Source: Podarcis pityusensis (taxonomy: Eukaryota). From it: 64,000 nt of DNA. The stretch lies in assembly GCA_964106645.2 (NCBI GenBank), contig OZ067049.1; one strand, written 5' to 3'. The notes under the pieces were generated by a model, which did not search any database, was not told the DNA's origin, and was given only the letters and a program-made list of their open reading frames with translations. Within the stretch, counting starts at the first letter, position 1, and each line of letters begins with the position of its first letter. Positions 50,132 to 63,755 of the stretch are shown in pieces. The position numbers and the translations under genes were made by a program.

Positions 50132-50637
50132 CCTTAAAGAGAACCACTGCCAGTTTAGTACAGTATGCAGAATGGACTGTAAGTGTTAAGATTTTTGTTG
50201 GAGTTCTTTTCTCAATGCAGTAAGATATAGAAAGCTAAAGTAAATTTTAAAAAGAACCTGAAAATTGCTACAAAAAGTACAAGTAGAATACTGTACAAAG
50301 TCCTCTCTTAAAGGTTGTTCTTAGCCCTTGCCACCCACAGAAGGTAATAGGCCTCCCCTTGGGATTTTTCCTTTCTGCTCTGAGCCAAATAGGCAGAATG
50401 AACCATTATTGGATTTCCCGAGGCCGGTGAAGCTTTGGAGTCGGCAAGGGTGCCTGGACTTTCTTTGGTTCAAAAAGTTTGTGGGGAGGGTTGGATTGGA
50501 GTGAGACGCAGAACCATCAAGCTCAAGCCAACAATGAAGATGGTGCTGTGGAAAATGAGGGGGAAATGTTAGTGCAGTTCTTTAAACGGTAGGCAGTTTG
50601 GCCAACTTGCTAATTTGCTTAACATTATCTAAGCAGG

Positions 50638-50983
50638 GGGGATGTGGGTGGCGCTGTGGGTTAAACCACAGAGCCTAGGACTTGCCGATCAGAAGGTCGG
50701 CAGTTCGAATCCCCGCGACGGGGTGAGCTCCTGTTGCTCGGTCCCAACATAGCAGTTAGAAAGCACATCAAAGTGCAAGTAGATAAATAGGTACCGCTCT
50801 GGCGGGAAGGTAAATGGCGTTTCCGTGCGCTGCTCTGGTTCGCCAGAAGTGGCTTAGTCATGCTGGCCACGTGACCCGGAAGCTGTACGCCGGCTCCATT
50901 GGCCAATAAAGCGAGATGAGCGCCGCAACCCCATAATCGGCCACGAATGGACCTAATGGTCAGGGGTCCCCTATACCTTTACC
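50638..50983 (+). mobile_element. Sauria SINE
   Basis: Family match; TSD TATCTAAGCAGG at 50626-37 and 50984-95. Confidence 0.92.
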
Positions 50984-51770
50984 TATCTAAGCAGGAACTT
51001 GTGGACCTCCAGAGGTTGCTCTCCATCCCTCCCAGAGATGATGGGACATGCAATGTCCTGAGAACTGGAAGGTCACATGTTCCCAACCCTTATCTCTTAA
51101 GGATTAGCCAAACTTTTCAATTTCGAGGGTTTCGTCTGAGGTGCGCCTGAACTTTTAGCTGTTGTGTGTTTCGCCAGTGGAAAAAATCTGGTGTGTGTGC
51201 CTGTAGGGATCCTGCGGTTTCTTATCTTTTGCTGCTGCAACTCCCATGATCTGTAACGGCGGCCCCCGAACAGTGCAAAGAGACACAGTTCGCAGCAGAG
51301 GTTAATCAAGATGAAAACCCACAAATGAACTTTATGGGAGGGGGGTGGTATGTACAGTTCCTGTGCGATACCTGCTGTGTGTTGAGCGGAGACAGTCTTT
51401 AGCCCGTCTGTGGTATCCCACCCCTTCAGTTAAGCACACCAGTATATACACAGAGCTGATTAAAATCATCTGCATGCAGTTTTCTGGCTTCAACCTCTTG
51501 CCGGTGGTTTCATCCATTGTTAGCAATGATGCTTGGCTCTCTGAAGAGTTAAGCACAGTGGTACTCCAGCTATGTGAACAGGGTGCTTTCGGTTACTTTG
51601 GTGGCCTTCCTCCCCCCCCCCCCTTCAGATTACCTCCCACTTTGTTTCCAACCATGTGTGTGGCATTGGGAGTTGCCTGGAAAAATACAGACTTTTTCAT
51701 ACTATATATAAAGAAAAATAATGAAGGAGTTTTGATACTACCGCAGCATCAAAGCCAGAAAAGGTGTGTG

Positions 51771-51772
<2 letters not shown>

Positions 51773-51802
<30 letters not shown>
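51773..51802. repeat. (TA)n microsatellite
   Basis: About 15 units. Confidence 0.97.
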
Positions 51803-51803
<1 letters not shown>

Positions 51804-52097
51804 GTGCGAGCAGACCCCATAGGGAGAAAGAAATCTATATGGATTTCTAATATGGAAATGTTTTCCTTACTGGGTTCGTCTTCTGTGTAAGATTTGGGAA
51901 GGAGTGTTGCATTTACGATTGTCTTCATGCAGTGTTTCATCCTTTTGTAAATTTTAATTATTTATTTTTAATACGTCTGTGCCGATACTTCTACTTCTTT
52001 TGTCTTGATTTGAGTATCTGTCACTCTAAATGAATCCATGCAGGAAAGCTTTGCTGGGTTGGGACCAGACTGACGGAGTTATGATGTAGCCCCCTTG

Positions 52098-52328
52098 AGA
52101 GCCAGTGTGTTGATAGTGGTTAGAGCCTCGGACTAGGACCTGGGAGACTGGGGTTCAAATCCCTACTCAGCAATGAAGCTCACTTAGGTGACCTTGGGCC
52201 GGTCACTGCCTAACCTACTTCACAGGGTTGTTGGGATCAAACAAGGACGGGAAGAACCAAGTATGCCATCTTGAGTTCCTGGGGGGGGGGGGGAAATATT
52301 GGGATATAAATGCAAGAAATAAATAAAT
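52098..52328 (+). mobile_element. Older Squam3-like SINE with (TAAA)n tail
   Basis: gagagccagtgtg...gggttcaaatccc...gtgaccttgggccggtcac...aaataaataaat. Confidence 0.65.
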
Positions 52329-52345
52329 GGGGCAAGTTACTCAAA

Positions 52346-52552
52346 GGGACGCGGGTGGCGCTGTGGGTTAAACCACAGAGCCTAGGACTTGCCGATAAGA
52401 AGGTCGGCCGTTCGAATCCCAGTGATGAGGTGAGCTCCCGTTCCTCGGTCCCTGCTCCTGCCAACCTAGCAGTTTGAAAGCACGTCAAAGTGCAAGTAGA
52501 TAAATAGGTACCGCTCCTGCGAGAAGGCAAACGGTGTTTCCATGTGCTGCTC
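52346..52552 (+). mobile_element. Sauria SINE, 3'-truncated
   Basis: Matches the 5' ~60% of the other copies. Confidence 0.88.
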
Positions 52553-52630
52553 AGTTTATTCGATCTGCAGCACTTGTACAAGTGCCATGCAACACCTGCT
52601 CTTTACTTGTAAGGAGTCATTCCTTTAGAG

Positions 52631-52768
52631 CAGGCATAGGCAAACTGCGACCCTCCAGATGTTTTGGAACTACAATTCCCATCATCCCTAGCTAACAGGA
52701 CCAGTGGTCAGGAATGATGGGAATTGTAGTCTCAAAACATCTGGAGGGCCGGAGTTTGCCTATCCCTG
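52631..52768. mobile_element. Palindromic hAT-type MITE
   Basis: Same family; TSD ctttagag/cgttagag. Confidence 0.85.
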
Positions 52769-52998
52769 CGTTAGAGTGACAGCACCTGAAATTTGGAACT
52801 CCCTGTCTATTGACCTTAGGCTGGCAATATCATTGTCCTCTTTTATATGCTTGCTGAAAACTGTTGTGTTTACGGCAGGCCTATCCAAACATATGATTTG
52901 GTTGTAACTGGTCTTAAATTAGTTGTAGATGTACAATCCTACAATTCTATGATTCTGTTGTTTTAAGATATTTATAACAATTTTAAATGTTTTAAATA

Positions 52999-53240
52999 CA
53001 GAGGTACCTCGGGTTAAGTACTTAATTCGTTCCGGAGGTCCGTTCTTAACCTGAAACTGTTCTTAACCTGAAGCACCACTTTAGCTAATGGGGCCTCCCG
53101 CTGCTGCCGCGCCGCCGGAGCACAATTTCTGTTCTCATCCTGAAGCAAAGTTCTTAACCCCAGGTAATATTTATGGGTTAGCAGAGTCTGTAACCTGAAG
53201 CGTATGTAACCTGAAGCGTATGTAACCCGAGGTACCACTG
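52999..53240. mobile_element. Tigger-like MITE, complete
   Basis: TA-flanked TIRs; internal tandem gtaacctgaagcgtat. Confidence 0.88.
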
Positions 53241-54279
53241 TATTTATTTTATTTTTAATTACAGGTGTCTCTGCTGCCCTGGTAGGAAGAATGGGTTATA
53301 AATCAATCAGTCAATCAGTCAATCAATCAATCAATCAATTAAAATAACTTAAAGCGGCAGCCTGACTGAGATAGGTTTATTAAGACACCTTAGTGTTCAA
53401 CATAACAGTTTCCTTTTTCTCTTAAAATCCCAAACATGCTACTGAGGAAGGAAGAAACTTAAAGCTTTTAACTTAAATTGTTTGGTCAGTCACTCATGTA
53501 TGTGTTATAAATCAGGTATTTGACAGTATCATTCTAGAATCCAGTTCCTTCTTACCCTGTTGTCTAGTTCCTTGCATGACTGAATCGTGAAGAAATCTTT
53601 ACATGCAAAACTGTTTGCAACAAATCTCATTCCATATCAAATGCATTTCTTATGGTTTGTGTGCAGACAACTTCAGGATGGCAAAAGCTGTGCTTGGAGT
53701 AAAGAGTTAATGCGCTCCTGAGATAGGGTTTTTCTGATCTTTCCTAAAATGCTTCTGTTAAATTGAAAGATTATAAGGATGCTGATAAACCACACTTGCT
53801 CTTTATTTTGAAGCCTCATCTTAGTCATTATAACCATTTGCCTGGCTGATGCTATTGGAGGAACCAAGCTAAAATTAACCCAAACTTTTTTTTTTTGCGG
53901 TCCTTAATTAGCCAGCTTTACAAAATCTTTTTAACTAGCTCTCTTGAAGCCAAACATAATTTAGAATGGAATATATAAAAATGAGAACCCTGAGATGGAA
54001 ATTTTAGTGAATCTGCATTACAGGCTTCAGATAAAGAAAGGAGAAGAAATGTGTGTGTGTGTGTGTGTGTGTATCTGTCCAAATATATATTTGAATAGGA
54101 AACATAAAATCCAAATGGCACCTCTCTGACATTCATTTTTGTAAAATGATATGCAAGGATATAGATGGAAGTTGAAGGTGGTACAGTGGTACCCAACCCT
54201 GGTAGTTTGTCTCCTGAAGCAACTGTGGCAGCAGGCACACTATACCTTTAAAAGAGTACCCCAAGCTACATACTTGCTC

Positions 54280-54690
54280 CAAGAGCAGACCGCCTCCCAT
54301 AGGGAGGTGTCTCAGTCTTACCTGGATTGAGCTTCAGTTTGTTGGCTCTCATCCAGTCCATTACCGAGGCAAGACACTGGTCCAGCACGTCCACTGCCTC
54401 ACCTGCCGATGTAAAGGAGAGATAGAGCTGAGTGTCATCAGCATATTGCTGACAATGTACTTCAAAACTCTATAGACGATCCCACTTGGTGGTTCCATGT
54501 AGAAGTTAAAAACTGCAGGGGAGATAAAAATGGAACCCTGAGGAGCCCCATGTTAAAGGCTCCATGGGGCGGAGGAGTGCTCCCCAAGCACCCCTCTCGA
54601 AATGACCATCCAAGCAGGACCAGAATCACCACAAAGCATCACCACCCGCCCCCAACTCGGATAGAGGCTCCAGAGGGATACTATAGTCAA
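54280..54690 (-). mobile_element. Degenerate L2 RT fragment
   Basis: The - strand gives GAPQGS and QQYADDTQLYL RT motifs. Confidence 0.7.
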
Positions 54691-56357
54691 GGGAAGATCA
54701 AGGAGAATTAATAGGGACACATTTCCCTCTCCTTCTTCCGACAGAGGTGACCAAAGCAGTTTTTGTGCCCAAACCAGGAGAAATTCAATTAGGTACACAT
54801 TTAAAGCCAAATCTATCAAAATTCCACTTTCCAAAATGATGTGAACCGACAAACAGCCATCCTTCAAAATTCACATTTTTACCCGAACTTTGTGATGGAG
54901 TTCTCCCACCCAACACTGTTTACAAAAATGTGTGTATTAGGGGGAAGTGTGCATAAAAAGGAAGATATTAATGAAAATAGCATACACAAGTGCATTATAT
55001 TAGGGGAAATTGCTTGTACTGTAGTCCATTAAACTGCATATACAAATGTGTTTTCTAGGAGAAATTTGCACTAAAATGCTGGTGAATTTTCATATGGATT
55101 TAAAGGGGGGGGGGGGAATCAGAAATTGTTGCCAGATGTGGAGAACTGAATTTAAGATTGGAAAAATGGAGGCAACTGAAATGGACAGATCCTTTCTTCT
55201 GCACTTGTAGTACAAATTTGCATAAGGTGCATAAAAGGATTGTCTGGTTTTATGGCTCACTAGCAGTAATGGGACACATACCCCAGATGCTCAGTGTCAG
55301 TCACACTGCTTCCTGCCTTGAAAGAAGTTCCTTTCCAGCCATCTACGTTGCATAATTTCTTTAAACAGTTACTTTCTCCTACAGCATCCAGCGAGAGATT
55401 ACAGACTTTACGGAGCTGTAAAAATGTGCATGGTTAATTTAAATTCATGTTGCCGGCTTCTAGGGTCGGAGTCTATGAAAATGTACATAGAGGAAGCAGT
55501 CTGGTGATTGTTTCAATCTTGTTTTGCATTATCTCTCAAAAATTGCAAGACTAGATTCGGCTAGAATGGATTCTGGGGTGGGGTGGGATTGTCCCGTGGT
55601 ATCACTAAAGCACCCTAGCATCCATTCCATTGAAATACATATCCCGCTCGGAGCATACTTTTGTCCTGTCTTCATAAGAATAAAGTGAAAAAAGGAACAA
55701 TTTTACCAGGTATTTTCAGTGTTAAGGGGTAGGAGAAGAAATTCTGATCAGCTTGCATAATATTCGCTTGCTCTAGAGATGCTTAGCATTTTTATTATAT
55801 ATCTTTTCTGTAGCTGTACTGAGAAACAGGGCAGAGCAAAAATGCCCCCTGCCCCCTCTCAAATCTCGCTGCATAATGATTTCAGAAATATGACATGGTG
55901 CATACATTTTTAACATGTGTAACCCATCCTGGAGTTCCATTCTAACTGCAGTGTAGTATCGCCCTGGCCGTGTCCAACTGCTGCTATTATAACATTCCGA
56001 CCTCAACTTATAGCAGAGATAGGGAGCCTGTGGCCCTCTCATTGGACTCCACCTCCCATCAGCCCCAGCTAACATGGCCAATGGGCAGGGATGGTGGGAA
56101 AGCCACAGCTTCCTTATCCCCAACTTGTTGTGGTCTTCTACTGTAGTAGGACATCTCCTTCCAAACCAACACTTTCAGATAGCAGGGAAGCTAGGCCAGT
56201 CTGATTCAGTGCCATCATTACTGAGATGCATAAACATAAAGAGCACATCTCAAACCAAGGCTGATGAGATCATGTTGTGGCGAAACATGATTTATAAACT
56301 GCGTAAATAAATGCTTAATGTTTGAAAGTCTAAATAGGCTTGCCTACATCAACCAGA

Positions 56358-56707
56358 GGGACGCAGGTGGCGCTGTGGGTTAAACCACAGAGCCTAGGAC
56401 TTGCCGATCAGAAGGTCAGCAGTTCGAATCCCCACGACGGGGTGAGCTCCTGTTGCTCGGTCCCTGCTCCTGCCAACCTAGCAGTTCGAAAGCACGTCAA
56501 AGTGCAAGTAGATAAATAGGTACCGCTCCGGCAGGAAGGTAAACGGCGTTTCCGTGCGCTGCTCTGGTTCGCCAGAAGCGGCTTAGTCATGCTGGCCACC
56601 TGACCCGGAAGCTGTACGCCGGCTTCCTCGGCCAATAAAGCGAGATGAGCGCCGCAACCCCAGAGTCGGTCATGACTGGACCTAATGGTCAGGGGTCCCT
56701 TTACCTT
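56358..56707 (+). mobile_element. Sauria SINE, full length
   Basis: Family match; TSD TACATCAACCAGA at 56345-57 and 56708-20. Confidence 0.93.
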
Positions 56708-57186
56708 TACATCAACCAGAAAAGGCTTTTGTTGGTTTTAAAGGTATCGATAGCATTTGGTTGGATTCTGCCATTTGTTAACATGATGAAAATGTGCCAT
56801 GTTCATTTCATTGCCCTACAGCATTTTTATCCTATATCTAGCCATCCATCCATCTATTTATCTATCTAGTATCACTGTAGGGGCTAACCTGTGGTCCTCC
56901 AGATGCTGAACTATATTGCTGATCAGCCCTAGCCAGCAGTAGGCAGGATGCTTGGAATAGTATTTTAGCAATATCTTTAGGCAAGCCTAAGAAAAGTAAC
57001 ACCATAACTGTTCAACTGGCTGTTAACATACCCCATCATAGATTTTTATAAAACACCCAGTTGCATCATTCCTCCAAGAGGGCTGCTGTAAACAGAATAA
57101 CGAACGACTGTCAAAACAGTGTGGCTTAAGACCTCCCTTTGTCCAGTCTTAATTTCTCCGCGCCACTGTCTGTTTAATTCTTGCAG

Positions 57187-57297
57187 CTTGCTATACCGCA
57201 CAACGATGAGTGGACCCGATTTGCCCGGACTCTGGTGGAAATCCGTGCCAACAGAGCAGACAGCGAAGAAGAAGGAACCATGGAGATCTCTGCCTAG
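57187..57297 (+). CDS. DYNC1I1: DYNC1I1 last coding exon (exon 17 equivalent), including stop
   Basis: ttgcag acceptor at 57181-86. Encodes [36 protein letters not shown], then TAG at 57295-97, matching the DYNC1I1 C-terminus. Confidence 0.97.
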   Translation, partial: LAIPHNDEWTRFARTLVEIRANRADSEEEGTMEISA

Positions 57298-57980
57298 AAG
57301 AGAGAAAGGTGTCCTTCCCTTTATAGCCACCTGCCCTCTGTTGATTGCAGTCATGTTCCGTGTCAAGTCAGTATTGTTGTGGCTTTCCATGCCAGTGTTG
57401 CTGCCAGCTTTCCCCAGGGTTCCGATTTCTCCATATTAATCGCGTTGTGCTTCAAGCCGTCTGAAAATATCCAGAGCGTTTTCATGCTTCATATTTCTTT
57501 TTGAGAAGTTTACGAATGAGAGGACAAATCAAGCCCAAGTGGGTTCAGTTGTTGCCTTTTAAATCCTTTAGTAGCTGCAGTAACTAGCTAGGAACTCCTG
57601 AATAAACTTGGGCTCACGCGCGTTTCTGGCACAGTCCTATTAAATCCATATGAAGTCAGATATGATTGGGTACAGATGTGGTGCGCTTCGCAACATGGGA
57701 CTGGGCCAGAGACTTTTAGATGTGGTGTTTCACATGGTGACTTACATTATGAATGGATGTACTATATGAACATTGCTGCTCCTTATTTATTGCGGTGTGC
57801 TGCATGGAACATATTTATTTGAAAGCATTAAAATAAACGATCCCAAAGCATGTGCATAACGAGCAAACTGCATTGTCTCTGCATGCCTGTTGGGGTTATG
57901 TCGAGTCCCAAACAACTATTACTAGATGTCACTTTTTACTAAAATGAAATCTGTAAAAGGGTTTGGTTGAATAAACAGAA
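57298..57980 (+). terminator. DYNC1I1: DYNC1I1 3' UTR with candidate poly(A) signals
   Basis: AATAAA at 57601-06, 57832-37 and 57970-75. Which one is used cannot be determined from sequence. Confidence 0.6.
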
Positions 57981-60579
57981 CTTTCTAAAATCGCCTATTA
58001 ATCCTAGATACTTTAGCGATATTTCATGTGCAGTTGGTCCCCGGCACTCATTGCAGGATACCACTAATGGTCTGAATGAGGAAGTGTTGTTTCAGAAGTA
58101 GACAGAGGCAACGGCAGTAAAATGTGTCAGAGCTGTTCTGTAGCCACATTTTGTTGGTTTTCTTCTTGATAAAATTATTTCCGTTACTGGTCAGTCAGAG
58201 AATTGTAACTTCTGGGGTAGTAACATTGATTAGATGAACAGGGTTTTGTTTTTCTTGGAGTGGTAAGAGTCAATATTACTTGTTCAGATTTGCACCGGTA
58301 ATACAAATGCACAAGCATAATTAATCTTACCGGCGAGATTTCTGTGGGCCATTCTGATGCTTCATATGTATAGACCCATGTGTAAATTTAAGCTCTGAGC
58401 TTCTGCAGCTTCCCAGGCACACGGGCCAATTTTCCACTGTTAGCGCTCAAATTACTGCAGAATCTGTCTGTGCACTTACACGAGGTCTGACATTACTTCC
58501 TCTGTTCAGCTGCAACCATTGGGATGGTCCATTGGGAGGGCTTTGGAGTCCTGCCTGCCCATCCCGCTTCCATCAGTCCCACCCACCATGGTCAATGGTC
58601 AGGGATGGTGAAGAGCTACAAGTTTCCCATCCCTACATTAGTATCCAAATTGGACATACCTTCCTAGTCCACTGTTAAATGATCCAAAATAAGTGTCTTT
58701 TGTCAATGGAATGGGACTGGCAGTGTCTCAAGGTGAGGGTTGTTTGGATACTGGTTAAGCTCCACGTCAGCATCTTTCATCCTAACCTGCTCAAAATGAT
58801 GCAGAGTTTGGTCCAGATACTTGGCTTTACAGAGAGAGCCAAAGCAAAAAAAGCAAAACTACACATTTTGGTCCTATTGTTCACAATTCCATTTTTTTCT
58901 CTCTGCAGCCATGCATCTGCCAACTGGCACCATCCGTTTTGTCCCCGGACTTTGCCAAAATATAGTTGTTGGATTTAGCGCCCTGTATTTCCTGCAAAGT
59001 TGCAGCGCTGCCTCTTAGGCGGCAAGTAGGACTACTTTCTAAAGTACACACAGAGAGTGGTTAAAAAAGCACAATTTGTTCAAGTGCTGTTTCTGGGTTA
59101 TTTGCTGTGTTTAACTTCCCCAGGGAGTTCCATAATGAAAGTATCTTGAGGTTTACTTATTTCCAAACCAGCCAGTAATTTATTATGTATAATCATTAGA
59201 TTTAAAATATGTCCTTTAGCGTAAGCAGCACAGCTAAACGGCTCAAGCGACAAACCGATGCTTCCATTTCCAAAGTGCTTTTTACGCTGCTCGTTTTCCA
59301 CAGTGCGGAGCCTAATCAGAACCGACGAGCCGAATGCACAGCCACACCAATTGGGCTGTGCTCATCGGACGCGTCCAAGGAACCAACGTGGCAAAAAGGT
59401 CCTCCTTGGTGGCACATTCAGGGCACTCTTGCCCTGAAGTCTTGGTGCAGTTAAAGTGATGGCTGCTCTTATCAATAGCGCTGCAGTCCTTACCCTATCC
59501 CTATTATAGCTGACTGGCTGAGGTTAAGACAACAGGATCTTGCTTGTTAAATTTGTGGCAGAATTTGAGGTTTGAACAAGGTGGGTCGGGGAGACTGCTC
59601 AGCATTCAGCTCAAATTCTCAGCCAGGACACAACTACAGTACCCATACAAGGCACAGCAAGGCTTTATAAATTCACAGCCTGGCCTTCTTTTCATGAAGA
59701 AGTCAAGTTGGCAAAGTCCCATCTAAGCCTGCTCCCAGCCAATGCTTAGGCACCTTCTATTTGGACCTTTAAATGGCTGCTGAAAACTTATTTGTTCTGC
59801 CAGGCTTATGCAGGCAATTAAGAATAGGTAATAGTAGTACCAGATTTTAATTTTTATGTGTGTTTTTAAGTATATATAGATATTATTGTAAAACATTTTG
59901 ATATTTCTTATAATAGCGACCAGTGTATAAATATTTTTCTTAAAATAAATGCATGGAGTTTGGTTCTGCTGCAAACACCCGAAGCTTGTTCAATGAAGGC
60001 CCTTGCTCTTAATTGAGACGTAGAACTTTAACCAATCAGTTCTATTAAATCAATAAAAATGGCAGTATTCTGATTTTACATTTTAAGTAATAATTTGTGG
60101 AGAATTTGATCCAGTTAGTGGCTTTAGTTAACGCTTTAAAAAGATCCAAGGCAAACTTTTTTATTACTATTAAAAACCAAAGCCTACATCCATTTTATAA
60201 AAATGGGACGAGCTTTTAAAAAGCTACTGGTGGTCTCAGCATGGGAAAACAGGCCATGTGGTGGCGTCCGTGACAGATGGCTTGCACTGCGAAGCCTTTC
60301 TAGGTACATGTTGCAATACTTGTTAAAAGCAAAAAAAGAGTTCAGCCCTCAATGACTTATCCTCTCTCAGCCCCCTTAACGAAGTACAGCTCCCATAATT
60401 CTTTGCAGGAAGCTGTGACTGTTTTAAAGTGGTGTCATGGCGCTTTCAATTGATGGCCTTTATGTGGCCTTAATGTTGGTCTCAGTTTCCCACTAAACTC
60501 TGCAAGGCAGCCCCACGCGCCACCCCCTCCAAAAGAAGGCAAAATATTTAATCTGGTTGTTGTTGTTATTATTGTATTT

Positions 60580-61657
60580 TTGTTTTTTAAAAAAATCTGT
60601 TTTAATTCATCAAAATTATTCAGAATTTCCACACAAATATTTTTCAATTACAAGCTGGCAGTTAAGGCAGATACCATTGATACAGTGCATGGATTTTTCT
60701 ATTGCATTTATTTAAACAAGCAGCAGGTTACTCTAAGTGCACCAACACAAAAAACAAGAATCCAAATATCAGCAGGGCCTGGTGTGACCCCCTTGGGCAC
60801 AGCCTCCATTAGTGTCAACGAAGCTGTGCTGGAGCCCCGAGCCAAATAGCACTGAAGAATGTATAGCTACGCCTCTCGATGGCTCGTGCCTTTTGGTGTT
60901 GAATTTTCATCTCATGTGGTACGATGCTCTTCCATAAAGTGCAGAGACTATGGAAAAAATTACATTTCTCTCCCCACCCCCCAACCCCACAAGCCTTCTG
61001 ATACCAGGAACAGAATATAATTGCTAAACGCTCGTCGATGTGGTTTCAGTTAGAAAAACATGTTCCCCATAAAACCCTCCTAATACAATCCAGGAATGCA
61101 ACTTGTGCGTGTAGTACTCATGTAAAATACAGTCACTCTTGGCAAGAGTCAGGTACGGCTCGTATCGACACCTTTCGAATCCTCCGGTACGGATGCAAAT
61201 GGAATGTGTCCCCAATTCTTAGACGCACTGTCTAAATTGTTCTGCATTGAGCACCATGATCTCTGTTGAATAGCCAACATGCAGCCATGACGACAGGACA
61301 GCCCTCCCCGAAACACACCACCCTCCCCAACAAGAAGAGAAGTTGCATACAGATGTCTTTCCCCAAATGAGCCCAAGTACATTCACGACCCCCCAGGTAT
61401 GTGCAAGAAAGAACAAAAATGCATTCATGGACCCAAACCGATAAGACTACTCTAGCAAGAATTTCACAGTGATCTGATAAAAGGAAGCGCAGAGACCAAT
61501 GATTCACACTTAAAAGATGGGGAGCAGGTGGGAAGAAAGACTTGCAGATCAGGTGGTGCTGGGTTGAGACCGGAGAGCTAAAGGAATGAAGTATTAAGAC
61601 TGATCAGATGAATGGCTCTTTCCCAACATTCTGTAAAAGGAAGTCACTGCCTTGTGA
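60580..61657 (-). terminator. SLC25A13: SLC25A13 3' UTR with candidate poly(A) signals
   Basis: TE-free ~1 kb after the stop. On the - strand, AATAAA at 60707-12 and ATTAAA at 60601-06. Confidence 0.5.
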
Positions 61658-61838
61658 TCAGACAGGCGCTGCCTTTGAGGTAGGTGGTGAAGACCGAAAT
61701 CGAGGTAAGTAAAGTCCAAATTTGTTTTCAATTCCTGCAAAAGTGGCAACGGCCAACTTGTAGCCCCCCACATGGTCGGGATTCGGTGCAGGTAGGGTGA
61801 TCCTTGTTTTCAGAACAGCTTCCGATCCAGCTGGCTTC
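61658..61838 (-). CDS. SLC25A13: SLC25A13 last coding exon, including stop
   Basis: ttccag acceptor; [75 protein letters not shown] fits SLC25A13 rather than SLC25A12, as does synteny with DYNC1I1. Confidence 0.96.
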
Positions 61839-63411
61839 CTGGAACACATATTTTATCAAGTGTGATTATGCAGCCTTCCACCCTAAAAGTAAAGTTCTTT
61901 CCAGAGAAAAAGAGCCCCCCGCCCACAAGAGCTTGGGACAAAATGCTATTTGGTCCCGCCTCTCTCCAAACTCCCTCCTATCCGTGGCTATTCCTCCTGG
62001 TCATTGGGAACATCAGCACTCAGTCTTATGGAAGAGTTGGTACCTGGGGCTGGGGAAGGACCATAGCTCAGTGGTAGTGCATCTGCTTTTTATGCAGAAG
62101 GTCCCGGGTTCCATCCCCAGCAACTCCAGGTAAGTCGATGCCCTGACTGAAACAGGGCAGACAATACTGAGCTAGATGGGAAGATTCCTATAATCTTCTT
62201 TTTTCTCTTTTGTACCGATTTCTTATGCAATCCTTTCGGACAGCAAGCCACTGTTTTATAAACTTTAGTCCGCTGACCGAGATGCTCTTTGACTACAGTT
62301 CCCATCATCCCTGGCCACTGGTCTTGCTGGCTGGGGCTGATGGAAGGTGGAGCCCAACAGCATCTGGGGTGGAGAATGTTTTACATACCTGTATAAAAAT
62401 AAAGTCCTATAATCTCCAGCAGCTGCCTATAAAGCAGCACAGTAGAAGTACGTTAAAAATTACTTTGAGACTCACCCAGCAATCTGTTCAGTGCGAAATC
62501 TGTTTTGAGTGTCGGCAGAAGAGGTGAAAACATGGAAACTTAAGGTGACATGATGCATCAGTGAGGCAAGTCTTAACACTAGTGTTGAGGAGACTTCTCA
62601 ATCTCATCAACAGCATTGCAGTATTAACAGCATGCCAACACCACTGTACTCTACCGTGCCAAAGGTTTCTAATGATTTTAATTTTTTTTATTGGCAGTTG
62701 GAAAAATGAAAGTTTTTCTTCTGTATCTTTCACTAATGGGTTTTCCCCCTTCCCCCTCTTATTCTTCTCTCTCTATTTTCTTTCTTTCTTTCTTCCTTGT
62801 TTTTTGGCTTTTGTTTTTCAGCTTTCTCCTATTTCTTTGGAGTCCTATGTCTGGGGCCTTTATTAGAGTTCATAGATTGTATACTCATGGGGGTAGTAGA
62901 GGGTTGATGGAGGACCCTGGATGATGACCAGGAAAATGCTGGTCCCCCAGGATATGAGGCTGGGAGGAGAAAGGAAAGATCCCAGGTGGGAGCTGGGAGG
63001 AGCTACTGTCCTCTGTGGGTGGTAAGGACCAGGAACTACTTTTAAGAGAGAACTTCGTTTGGAAATCAATAAAACTATGTTGTGTTGTTTTGTTTTGTTT
63101 TTAAAGAAAGGACTTCGGAATTTCACTTCGTCGATTTGTATCTTCTGTAGTTGTAATTTTATTGTATTATGGGAAAATCTTAATAAACAGTCTTTTTTAA
63201 AAACCCTACTGCACTCTGTGAATAGATCTTCCCTTTGCCATTTAACTACTCGTGTTCCTCTTCCTGTCTGCCCTCATGTACATGACAAGCACTGGTGTTA
63301 AAAAGTGTATCTCCCCTGAGCTTTAGTGACCCTTAATTCATAAAGAAAATCTGGAGCTCTTTATGACTAACTCCTATAAAGAGAGCCAAGGTGGTCAACC
63401 CAACACACTTA

Positions 63412-63525
<114 letters not shown>

Positions 63526-63596
63526 TTATTGGCCACATTAATGCATCGGGTTAACATGCATCCTTCCTTGTTAAAACGAGTGTTTGCAAAGGCTAC

Positions 63597-63755
63597 CTGC
63601 AGCTCCTTTCCAAAATGCCCTGGGGCCTTCCTCTCGTAGGATCTTCCCGAAACAGTCAATCACTCCGCTGTAGGTCGTTTGTCCTGCACGGGCTGCCACC
63701 TGTAACCTCGTCTTGATCACATCCGCAGGCGTCACTAAGGAAGCGGCAGGCATTC
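63597..63755 (-). CDS. SLC25A13: Citrin (mitochondrial aspartate/glutamate carrier 2), third-last coding exon (exon 16 equivalent)
   Basis: 159 bp with AG/GT boundaries on the - strand. Encodes (G)[52 protein letters not shown], containing the mitochondrial carrier signature Px[DE]xxKxR. Confidence 0.96.

Noticed and set aside
57119-57439. 106-aa ORF over the last DYNC1I1 exon, and 34073-34402 over exon 16
   Set aside because: Alternative frames of real exons with no homology support.
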